Shown: positions 1 to 10,966 of the stretch, in pieces
Layout of the letters: every line of letters begins with the position of its first letter
How positions within the stretch are numbered: the first letter of the stretch is position 1
Source of the DNA: Octopus sinensis
Lineage: Eukaryota
NCBI RefSeq assembly: GCF_006345805.1
Contig: NC_043000.1
Span: forward strand, 161,386,001-161,450,000
DNA length: 64,000 bases
Reading direction: 5' to 3'
Made by a program: the position numbers and the translations under genes
Notes under the pieces: generated by a model
What the model was told of the DNA's origin: nothing
What the model saw: only the letters and a program-made list of their open reading frames with translations
The model's database searches: none

Positions 1-209
1 CTTATATATGTGCACCAATTTATGTGTACATATGCATGTATATATATATATGTATGTATGTTTGTGTCTATATATTTATATATGTATTCATGTGTATGTG
101 TACGCATATTTACATACACACATTCACGTACACACAAATTCCCGCACACACACACATAACATGATGCATTTATACCTAGAAGATCTATAATACTCCACAC
201 TGCACACGC

Positions 210-935
210 TTGGCGAGTCCTGATCTATATGAATCGACTATGAGCTTTGAAAACATGCTTGTGTATCCCATACCCAAGGAAATCAACCTCTCTGACTCTT
301 GCAGCTATTTCCCCACTGCGATCTCTACAGTAGTGGAAACATCAGCTAACGGTCACTTCCACCATAACATTGTTCCTTTCTTTACCCTTAATGATCACCG
401 TAAAAATCCAGATCCTGTGGCGACATACTCTGCTTAATCACCCACGAATGCCTTTGGTTGTGACATCAGCAAAGCTTTTAACCGTTTCTGACATAGGAAT
501 CTCCAATGAAACTATCTATGAATTTCTTCCGTGTATTCTGTCTTAAAATCATTAGGTTGGATTAAGGTTGCGGTATGTTCTTGTATGTTGACGAAATTCA
601 TTCCGTTTCTTACTCTATCTCCTATGATAGAGTTCGATCTTGTTCCTCCCACATTTTCTACTTGCTGATGCATCCAACAACAATCACACACTTATTCAGA
701 ATACACTTCCTCTCATTCCCCTATAACATTCTCCAAACAGGTATTATCCACAGACAATCTGGACACGCCACGCCAAATAATACTATCTCCGGGTAGAAAG
801 ACCTCAAAAGTATCCTCAAGTTGAAAGATGTGAATCTTGTCCCTTTCAACAGCAAGAAATCGCAATTGCTACTCATATTTCGGTAACTTCGTTCTATCAA
901 TGCCCACTTAATCATAAGTCCGTTCTTGCTCTTTG
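210..935 (+). mobile_element. Highly degraded non-LTR retrotransposon reverse transcriptase fragment (CR1/Jockey-like)
   Basis: Broken frames give DISKAFNRF (tgtgacatcagcaaagcttttaaccg, ~460), a YADD-like gctgatgcatcc (~664) and NLVPFNSKKSQLL (~835), in the order expected for a LINE RT; many stops and frameshifts. Confidence 0.5.
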
Positions 936-1098
936 TATAATAAGAATATATTTAAGGTTTCAGATAGCAATATGCAGACAACCATACATAGAACACAAAC
1001 ATACATACATGCATACATATATACATGCATATATATATATATATATATACATACATACTTACATACATACATCTATACATACATACATACATACATTA

Positions 1099-1320
1099 AA
1101 GCAAATTCATGTGGAATTTATAGCTCTTGTACCCTGACTATGAATACTCAACTTTAGATACCATCATAGATGCATTCGGTTAGGTACCAGCAGATATGTA
1201 CAAAGAACTAGAAATATTCGGCTTCACGAAGAAGTTGGAAAATAAATTGACGTGGATTCTTCAAATGCAATCTGTTAGTGGCATACTGAAGAAGATTTGT
1301 AAGGTATTCCCCAAAATTCT
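1099..1320 (+). mobile_element. Degraded C-terminal fragment of an R4/Dong-like (REL endonuclease) non-LTR element
   Basis: Translates to YPDY..TIIDAFG.VP.DMYKELEIFGF..ILQMQSVSGILKKIC, resembling the VIGALG end of the R4-like copies at 38-41 kb. Confidence 0.4.
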
Positions 1321-1482
1321 CCATCTGAGACCTTTATGTGAATAGCTGCAACCACTAGGGTGTTCAACCAACACACCAACTCAAGACAGGGAACTCTCTT
1401 ATCTCGACAGATCTCTTTGTGCTTGATAGGGAACGGCTTGAATGCTCTCAAGAACCTAAATAAAACTCAAAGAAAAGTCATG

Positions 1483-1617
1483 CATACATACATACGTACG
1501 TACATACATACATACGTACATACATACATACATACATACATACATACATACATACATACATACATACATACATACATACATACATACATACATACAAAGA
1601 TACATACATACATACAT
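1483..1617. repeat. (TACA)n tetranucleotide microsatellite
   Basis: Direct reading; explains ORFs 1360..1674, 1456..1659 and 1467..1649. Confidence 0.95.
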
Positions 1618-1689
1618 GTTAGTAGAAAGCTCCGAGATGATAGTAACACTGATCATCAAAACAGTCTATCATGAATCAACAACCGGGAT

Positions 1690-2005
1690 ACTACCTCCCA
1701 ATTTGAAGGGTTTGTGTTTGTAAACTAGGAACAAAAAATATCAAGCAAATACCTGATGCATGAAAGAGACAGAGATGCAAGAAAAGCAGTAAAATGTGAC
1801 AACGGATGCACACTTTGCGGAGTTAACACCGAAGATATCATCCACATTATAAGCTGTCGTCCGAAAATGTCATCATGGTTAATATATACCGATGAGAAAT
1901 GATGTTGTAGCTAGGGCACTCTGTAATGAGATCCATCCAAATGATAACCCTGAGGACGAAGAAATTAGGACTCACAGTATAGTAATAAAAAGGAGTATTG
2001 GTTAA
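1690..2005 (+). mobile_element. Degraded R4/Dong-like fragment with CCHC zinc knuckle
   Basis: KYLMHERDRDARKAVKCDNGCTLCGVNTEDIIHIISCRPKMSS then RNDVVARAL; matches the CRLC..E..H..S.C..RHD pattern seen at 38331..38717. Confidence 0.45.
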
Positions 2006-2016
2006 GTGTATGTATG

Positions 2017-2050
<34 letters not shown>

Positions 2051-2381
2051 CTAACACTATGACCCAGCAACGCCGGGTCATAGTGCTAGTTGCATGCATA
2101 TACAGCTGCGTGCGTGCACGCATACACGCGAGTACTGTCCAAATCTCCGACCAATCACATACAGCTAGCTGGCATTCAATTGACGTATCAAGTTTCGGGC
2201 ATTTTGATTGGGTTTTGGATAGAAGATTCTATTGACTTTTTAATGGCTTTGCGGCGTGACTGGGGAAATGTAAAGATGTGCACGACCACCCTTGGAGGGT
2301 TTTGAATGACCATAGAAAGTGCGAGCCCTCTAACTAAAAAATTGTGAATTTATATAAAGGAGACACACACATACATTTTGC

Positions 2382-2400
<19 letters not shown>
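2051..2400 (-). mobile_element. Non-autonomous Helitron-like element
   Basis: On the minus strand it ends in a GC hairpin (cccggcgttgctggg) + tcatagtgTTAG before a T; its 5' end reads (ta)n-taaaacagcaaaatg, like the TC-TATATATAAAA start of the 62420 copy; the terminal TC is not visible. Confidence 0.55.
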
Positions 2401-2414
<14 letters not shown>

Positions 2415-2557
2415 AGTAGTTGAATGAATTATCTTAGTATGGATAATTCGGTTAACCGATACCTGGGTAGCAAATTCACGTCAGAAAAACACGGTTGAAG
2501 CTACATTCCAAGGGCAGAGATCACGTGCTTTCGTGTGGAAATTTGTGTGTTTTTTTA

Positions 2558-2651
2558 ATACAAATAAATGAAAGAATGGAGCCGAACAACGATTTAACAA
2601 AATTCCTTTTGTTAAATCGTCGTTCAGCTCCATTCTTTCATTTATTTGTAT
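2558..2651. other. 94-nt near-perfect hairpin (45-bp arms, 4-nt loop)
   Basis: Arm 2558-2602 vs reverse complement of 2607-2651: 43/45 identical, loop ttcc. Confidence 0.9.
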
Positions 2652-2893
2652 ATATATATATATATAATTATACGCACGTTCCGATAGACAATACAAATAC
2701 GTAAGAAAAAAGTTATAATCATAGTAATTATGATTAAATTTAACCATTGTCATTCTCATCAGTGGGAGCAATTTTTGGAAGAATATCAAAAGAATTTTAA
2801 TAAAATAAAATAAGATACACTAAATTGAAGATGCAGATGGGAGTAATAGGAAAAAAATTACAAACTAGTTATAAAGGAAAAATAATAATAATG

Positions 2894-2950
<57 letters not shown>

Positions 2951-3620
2951 GTGAGAGAGACGAAAAAGAAAAAGAAAGGCATATCAATGTGTATGCAAGT
3001 CTATACAAGTAGTCAACTATAACATTAAAATAAAAATCTAACAGATATCTTTAAGGAAATAGTAACAGATCGAGAAGAAGTATAATGTAAACAAGGCCAT
3101 ATAATAGAATATAACGTAAAAGGTACACTAGCAGAAAAAAGCCATAGAGAGTTATACATCTACATATTAATATTGAAACACATATATATTACAGGAGGCT
3201 TAAAGCTGATAGGCAAGGCTATGCTTGAAAAAGATGCAATGTTTAAGTAAAAATGTACATAAAAGCAGAGGTGAAAAAACAAAAAAGAATTAACAAAGAA
3301 AACGCAACGGTCACTGACAGGGCAGGTAGGTGTATTCAAGAGAGTTACCTTACTCAAAAATTAGCCCGGGGGGGGGAGACAATAAAAAAAGAATAGGAAA
3401 ACAAACGAATATATGAAGGAAAAAAATATAAATTTACATGTGATAGAAAAACGTATACACTCACCACATAAGGATATAACGTCATACATACACACATACA
3501 CATATACACACATGATCATACACTCACACATACACATACAAGGGGGGAAGTGTAAGGGAAGATACAAACGAGTAAGATACAAACGAGACGTACATATACA
3601 TATATATATATATTCACATG

Positions 3621-3654
<34 letters not shown>

Positions 3655-3730
3655 CATATACAAATATAACACAATATACACATGCATAAATATGTACATA
3701 CATGTACACCCATACACATATACACACACC

Positions 3731-3767
<37 letters not shown>

Positions 3768-3768
3768 G

Positions 3769-3832
<64 letters not shown>

Positions 3833-3879
3833 GTATATAATATATATATATACATATATTATAATATATATATTATATA

Positions 3880-3930
<51 letters not shown>

Positions 3931-3931
3931 C

Positions 3932-3978
<47 letters not shown>

Positions 3979-3983
<5 letters not shown>

Positions 3984-5625
3984 GGGTGAAAAAGAACACA
4001 CGAGTTGATATATATGAAAAAACAAGTAAAAAATAGAAAATGCTAAAATAATTTTATAGTGAACATTTCAGTACCGGTTTCGGTCATTTTGAGACCTTTT
4101 CAACTGTAACGATTAAATAATTAAATTTAGAAAAATTAGAAGAAAAGTTTTTTTAAAAGAATATTTCTATAGTAGTGTTCAGATTTAAGTGGCATTCTGC
4201 CTTTCTCTGACTCCCTTGTTTGCACTTGTGTGTTCGAGGTAGTTGTGAGTTCTTGGTAGGGTAGTAGAGGAAGAGGGCTGGTGAGGAAAGGGGGGTGGGA
4301 GAATCTGGGAGTGCCCTGATGGTCGTATTTTGAATGGTCAGTGGCGGCTGGCAGTCTCAGTTCAATTCAGGAGAATATTTATATTGACAGGCTTGTTTAT
4401 AGAATTAGCGTAGGTGTTATACTAAAAAACATTAGTGACAAACTTAAGGGGTAGGGGGGGAGAGAAGAAGAAGAAGAAGAAGAGAAGAAGGAGAAGGAGA
4501 AGGAGAAGATGACGATGATGGTGATGGTGGTGATGATTATGACGACGATGATGATGATAACGATGATGATGAAGAAGAAGAAGAAGAAGAAGGAGGAGAA
4601 GGAGAAGATGGTGGTGATGATGGTGGCGATGATGATGATGCCGATGATGATGATAACGATGATGATGAAGAAGAAGAGGAAGAAGAAGAAGAAAAAAACA
4701 GAGAAGGGAGAATATGAATGGGTGTAAATATAGCTATGAAGGGGCTGATTAGTAATGGATTCTATGGAGTGTAGTATTTGTGTGTGTATATATATTTTTT
4801 TCTTTTATTCTAAAGTTGAGGTATATTAATTGTTTGTCGTAGACCCGTTAAGAAGTGGCTTGTATTTTGTAATAAAGAGATTTTCTTTACTTATTCGTTG
4901 TCTCGAGTTGTATCGTCCCTAAATTGGTAGAGGGGGAAAATTCTGAAGTTTGGTGTTTTTTTGTTGGCGCAAGTATCTATGTGTTGGCTAAAAGCTATTT
5001 TTCTGTTTTGGGGAATTTTATCTGGGATCTGTGCAGGGCCATTCGTTTACGCAAACCATTTTTGTTTGGCCTATGTACTGCTCTTGACACCCGGAGCAGG
5101 TTAGTGAGTATATTAGGTTCTCCGAAGCACATGTGAAGTTGCTTTTCACTGTAAAACGTTGTCCCTGTTTGAAGGAGAACTCAGAACCCTCGATTAGATA
5201 GTCGCATATCCCGCAATTGGGTCTTCCACATTTTTTTACTGTCGGCTTCTGTGTTGAAGAGTGAATTCGGGCTTGTGTAAGGAGACTTTTCATGGATCTA
5301 GGCTGTCTTTTGCTTTTATGATCGTGTGTGTTTGGAGGATTGTGTTCATTCTGTGGTCTTTTTTTTAGGAGGGGTATGTTGTGGAGGATGGTGTCGAAGG
5401 CTTCGTTATTGAGAGGGTTGTGTGTGGAGATGTATGGTAAGGCTTTTGGTTGTAAGTTTTTCTTTGATTTGGGATGTCTCAGTTCCTTGATGTTAAGTTG
5501 AAGGGCACGTTGAATGCATTTGTCAATAAGTGAAGGTGGATAGTTCCTGGTGATTAGGGTATCTTTTAGTTCTTGTAGTCGTGTGTCTCTGGTGTTTGCG
5601 TTAGAGACTATAGTGCATATCCTTT
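3979..5625 (-). mobile_element. Inverted 3' arm of a Penelope-like element (RT thumb, GIY-YIG, 3' terminal region)
   Basis: Reverse complement of ~7600-9218 plus ~36 extra terminal nt; ORF 5018..5704 repeats RICTIVSNANTRDTRLQELKDTL and CGRPNCGICDYL...NLIYSLTC..YIGQT. Confidence 0.92.
4069..4106 (-). ncRNA. Minimal type I hammerhead ribozyme, U3-A8 core variant
   Basis: Minus strand reads CAG TTGAAAA GGTC tcaaaat GACC GAAA CCGG TA CTG; identical to 9128-9165. Confidence 0.75.
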
Positions 5626-6249
5626 CCAGAAAATAAGAAAACCAAACACCAACCCAAACACCGATACACACCTGTCTAAAAATCGGAACCTTCACTACTA
5701 TCAAAAAAAGAATACAGGACCTAACCCTAACTCTGTAAGCAGCCAGCGATACAATATCAGGAATACCCCCACTTCAAGCAGAGAAAGGATAAATCAACAC
5801 CCACAGCATAGACACTGCAACCTCATCCCCACCCAAAGGAGTTACCAACGAAATCTTCGTCCCATTAACCGGTTAAACAACCATGCACAACAAACCCACA
5901 CCACTTGCAATGATTACCAACGAAGGCCTCCTAGAACACCACACCCGAATATGGGATATCGGGATGCTCTCCTCAATACTGCTCCAAGAACACACACCAT
6001 AAATCACAACAGGAGACCCCTAATCAACAAAGAACAACTATATACTAGCTACCGTCCCAACCACCGCATTCATTTTTTAGACCCAATACACAAACACAGA
6101 GACACAAGATAGCACACCAAACAGCAGGAGGAACCAAAAGTAATAAAAATTATTAATCTAACTCACAAGGAACTAACAGCAAACCAATAAACATACTTTC
6201 CAAAGGACTCAAGTTTACACCCACCCCACAACACCCCAACTACAATGAA

Positions 6250-8398
6250 ATGAAAGAAGACATCGCAGAATTCTGCAGAAAATTAAGACTTACTGAGGAG
6301 CTATACGATAAATACAACGAGGACGAATCGTTAGCCAGAAATAGGAGTAACTACACCCCCTCGAAAGGTAAGAATAAAACACTTGATGATTTCTGTGACC
6401 ACATATCAAATTACCCATATCAACATATGCACAACAAAAACACAAACCAAACTTCAGCAAAAAAAATAATGGGCTGAGTTGAACAAATTAAAACTAGATA
6501 AAACAATAACAATCAAAGAGGCCGATAAAGGGAGTGCTGTTGTCTTAATGGATACGACATTTTACATAACTTGGTACTTTCTATGCTGGAAGACACAACA
6601 TACTATGAAAAGGCACAAAACTACAGTCAACAAAAAATAATGAGGGAACTAAAATCCATATTAAACCCATACAAAGCAGGGCTAACCGACAAAGAATATG
6701 ATTATATGACCAATTTCACAAGTAAAACTAGCCAATTCTACGGTATACCTAAGATCCACAAAAGTGAAAAAATAAGCAACGCATGCAAGATAGCTACAGA
6801 CAAAATAATTAAAGTCCCTAATCCTAATGGCCTCAAATTGAGACCCATAATAGCAGGTCCCGCATGCGAAACCCCCCGCCTCAGTAACTTTTTAGACACC
6901 CTGTTAAAACCACTCCTCAAACATGTCAAAAGCTATATAAGGGACGACTTAGATATGCTCAATCACCTACCGAATACTATAAACAAAAACACCATACTGG
7001 TATCCTTCGATGTAGTCAACCTCTACTCCAATATCCCCCACAACCTAGGACTAGAGGCAATCCAATTCTGGCTAGAGAATCACGCCAACGAACTACCACA
7101 CCGCATCAAAAAAGAATTTGTGATAGAAGGGGTTAAATTCATCCTGGAAAATAACTTCTTCGCCTTCAATGACAACTTCTACCGACAAAAATCGGGGACT
7201 GCGATGGGTACACGAATGGCCCCCTCCTTTGCCAACCTAGTCATAGGATACCTAGAGATCAGTCTGTATCGTAAGGTTCTAGAAAGATATGGCAGCCCTT
7301 TCTCCATCTACATAGAAAACAACTGGAAGAGATATCTAGATGACTGTTTCATCCTTTGGCATAAAAATATAGAAAAACTCATAGAATTCCAGAAAATTTT
7401 AACGGACTGGACGTAAACATCCAATTCACGATGGAATATAGCCAACAACAACTCTCCTTCCTCGATATCCTCATTAAGAAAGCTAATAATATAATAGAAA
7501 CAGACATATACTATAAGCCTACAGACTCTAAGCAATATCTTCCATTCAATTCATGCCACCCCAGACACACCAGGATGAATATCCCCTTCAATCTAGCAAA
7601 AAGGATATGCACTATAGTCTCTAACGCAAACACCAGAGACACACGACTACAAGAACTAAAAGATACCCTAATCACCAGGAACTATCCACCTTCACTTATT
7701 GACAAATGCATTCAACGTGCCTTTCAACTTAACATCAAGGAACTGAGACATCCCAAATCAAAGAAAAACTTACAACCAAAAGCCTTACCATACATCTCCA
7801 CACACAACCCTCTCAATAACGAAGCCTTCGACACCATCCTCCACAACATACCCCTCCTAAAAAAAGACCACAGAATGAACACAATCCTCCAAACACACAC
7901 GATCATAAAAAGCAAAAGACAGCCTAGATCCATGAAAAGTCTCCTTACACAAGCCCGAATTCACTCTTCAACACAGAAGCCGACAGTAAAAAAATGTGGA
8001 GACCCATTGCGGGATATGCGACTATCTAATCGAGGGTTCTGAGTTCTCCTTCAAACAGGGACAACGTTTTACAGTGAAAAGCAACTTCACATGTGCTTCG
8101 GAGAACCTAATATACTCACTAACCTGCTCCGGGTGTCAAGAGCAGTACATAGGCCAAACAAAAAATGGTTTGCGTAAACGAATGGCCCTGCACAGATCCC
8201 AGATAAAAATTCCCCAAAACAGAAAAATAGCTTTTAGCCAACACATAGATACTTGCGCCAACAAAAAAACACCAAACTTCAGAATTTTCCCCTCTACCAA
8301 TTTAGGGACGATACAACCTCGAGACAACGAATAAGTAAAGAAAATCTCTTATTACAAAATACAAGCCACTTCTTAACGGGTCTACGACAAACAATTAA
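6250..8398 (+). pseudogene. PLE reverse transcriptase + GIY-YIG endonuclease, interrupted by single-base frameshifts
   Basis: KEADKGSAVVLMD (~6514), LRPIIAG, VSFDVVNLYSNIP, GTAMGTRMAPSFANL, WKRYLDDCF, FLDILI..DIYYKPTD, CGICD, NLIYSLTC..YIGQTKNGLRKRM..H; ORFs 6250..6477, 6571..7416, 7431..8042 and 7996..8334; reconstructed stop TAA at 8396-8398. Confidence 0.9.
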
Positions 8399-8524
8399 TA
8401 TACCTCAACTTTAGAATAAAAGAAAAAAATATATATACACACACAAATACTACACTCCATAGAATCCATTACTAATCAGCCCCTTCATAGCTATATTTAC
8501 ACCCATTCATATTCTCCCTTCTCT

Positions 8525-8770
8525 GTTTTTTTCTTCTTCTTCTTCTTCCTCTTCTCTTCATCATCATCGTTATCATCATCATCGGCATCATCATCATCGC
8601 CACCATCATCACCACCATCTTCTCCTTCTCCTCCTTCTTCTTCTTCTTCTTCTTCTTCTTCATCATCGTTATCATCATCATCGTCGTCATAATAATCACC
8701 ACCATCACCATCATCGTCATCTTCTCCTCCTTCTCTCCTTCTTCTTCTTCTTCTTCTTCTTCTTCTTCTT
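8525..8770. repeat. Compound (CTT)n/(CAT)n/(CAC)n microsatellite inside the PLE 3' region
   Basis: Direct reading; mirrored at ~4460-4700 in the inverted arm with different unit counts. Confidence 0.9.
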
Positions 8771-9127
8771 CACCCCTACCCCCTACCCCTTAAGTTTGTC
8801 ACTAATGTTTTTTAGTATAACACCTACGCTAATTCTATAAACAAGCCTGTCAATATAAATATTCTCCTGAATTGAACTGAGACTGCCAGCCGCCACTGAC
8901 CATTCAAAATACGACCATCAGGGCACTCCCAGATTCTCCCACCCCCCTTCCTCACCAGCCCTCTTCCTCTACTACCCCCAAGAACTCACAACTACCTCGA
9001 ACACACAAGTGCAAACAAGGGAGTCAGAGAAAGGCAGAATGCCACTTAAATCTGAACACTACTATAGAAATATTCTTTTAAAAAAACTTTTCTTCTAATT
9101 TTTCTAAATTTAATTATTTAATCGTTA

Positions 9128-9165
9128 CAGTTGAAAAGGTCTCAAAATGACCGAAACCGGTACTG
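9128..9165 (+). ncRNA. Minimal type I hammerhead ribozyme, U3-A8 core variant
   Basis: Stem I CAG/CTG; core TTGAAAA; stem II GGTC/GACC; GAAA; palindromic ACCGGT stem III; GUA cleavage triplet (predicted cut after 9162). Confidence 0.75.
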
Positions 9166-9216
9166 AAATGTTCACTATAAAATTATTTTAGCATTTCTAT
9201 TTTTACTTGTTTTTTC

Positions 9217-9262
<46 letters not shown>

Positions 9263-9599
9263 TATATATACACACATACAGGCACACAACACACGCATAT
9301 ATATATATGTAAAGTATACTAGCCATCTCAATATGGCTAACCACTAAGGGTGGGTGTTACTGTAGCTTTTAGTCCCAGGAGATCATCGTCTCCAGCTGGC
9401 TTTAGGCACACTTTCTGTACCCTTATGGTATTTGCAAATGGAGGTCATCCCTCTCTCGTAAACCTAAGCGACACGCACGGACTGCAGTTTCTGTCTTCAG
9501 CGTGCGGCAGTCACCGGTTTACGATGAAAGGGAGACTTGTTTGCAAATACTGATAGGTTTTTCTAGTAACTTCCGTCACTGATTTCGGAAAACTGTCTG

Positions 9600-9960
9600 C
9601 AAGCAATAATACATCTCTGAACGAGATGTAAAACAGTCTGACTACGACGCGAAGGGCCATTATAAGATCCATACTAGGATTATTATTACGAGATAATATT
9701 CGAAATGAGGCAATTATGTGATCGCGGAATAGCGAAATCACAAGTTGCGCTGGACCAGACATGTTGCAAGGCTTACAGATATCGGATGGATCCACACAGT
9801 TGCCAAGTACTATTCTAGAGACTGGAAGAGACCAATTGAAAAGCCTGCACAACGATAGGAACATGATTTAGCTAAAGTGATTCGGGGCAACATGGAAGGG
9901 AATGGCGCAATCAAGATTGAATTGGAAGTTCATTATGACAAGTGAAGTACAATAGCAACT
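9600..9960 (+). mobile_element. RTE-clade LINE 3' coding remnant
   Basis: RRAIIRSILGLLLRDNIRNEAI then HKLRWTRHVARLTDIGWIHTVAKYYSRDWKRPIEKPAQR* (RTE C-terminal LRWAGHVAR...GRP.RW pattern). Confidence 0.65.
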
Positions 9961-10169
9961 GATGATGTGATCAGCATTGTGATACTGTGATATATGTATA
10001 CATGTGCGCGCATACATGCACAAACGCACACACACACACACACACACATAGGAATACATGTGCGCTCATACACAAAAAATATATACATACACATAAGTAC
10101 ACACGCATACACGCCTAATTGTATGTGGGAGCTTATATATATATAGATATATGTACATACACAGACATA

Positions 10170-10345
10170 TATATATATATAGACACACATGCACAATTTA
10201 TTATCTGTATGTACATAAACCTTATATATGAATAGTCCGATACTCAATACTTTTAAGCAAAGTACCATATATATTTATTTTTACACGGAGAGACTGACAT
10301 TGTCTTCGAAGTTTCGGCTCACATTCCGTGGCTCTTTGGTATAGA
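10170..10345 (-). mobile_element. Eroded PLE-type 3' terminus with hammerhead remnant
   Basis: Minus strand GCCAC ggaat GTGAGCC GAAA CTTCGAAG AC at 10300-10335 (palindromic stem III; 5' core decayed), running into a TA/CA tract. Confidence 0.4.
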
Positions 10346-10388
10346 ATCTATGTATGCAACACATATATTGATATGCAAAAATGTATGG

Positions 10389-10423
<35 letters not shown>

Positions 10424-10907
10424 CCGTATGCATAAATACATACAAAGACGCACATGTACAAAAACGCTCTCGCACGCGCACACACACACACACAAAACAC
10501 ACTCACGCAAAAATCGCACACACATTTATTATGTGTGTGTGTGTGCAGTGAAATTGAATCACGTATTTTATGCATATATACGTATATAGATATACAGAGG
10601 TGTGTGCGTGTATGTGTGTGTTTGTGTGTTTGTGTGTTTGTGAGTGCGCGTAAATTACGCACATCATTCACTGTTATACGATAGCTATCTGGTTCCTTAG
10701 AAATCTTCAGAGGGTAAATAATATTTATCCTCTTCAAATCAATTGGTGAAATGTGATCGCTATTTTGTAAGTCAGTTTTATAAATTCTATAAATATATAA
10801 TCTGAATTGAGTAAATTCATTTTATTGACGTTGACAATGTCTGTTATATAACATAAACTGAAAAGATACACATACACACATATATTTAAGTATACATATG
10901 TATGAAT

Positions 10908-10966
<59 letters not shown>

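Larger units (their letters stand above)
5626..9218 (+). mobile_element. Penelope-like retroelement, 5'-truncated main copy
   Basis: RT + GIY-YIG ORF pieces, ~820-bp 3' region with hammerhead, ends in (TA)n at 9219. Confidence 0.92.
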
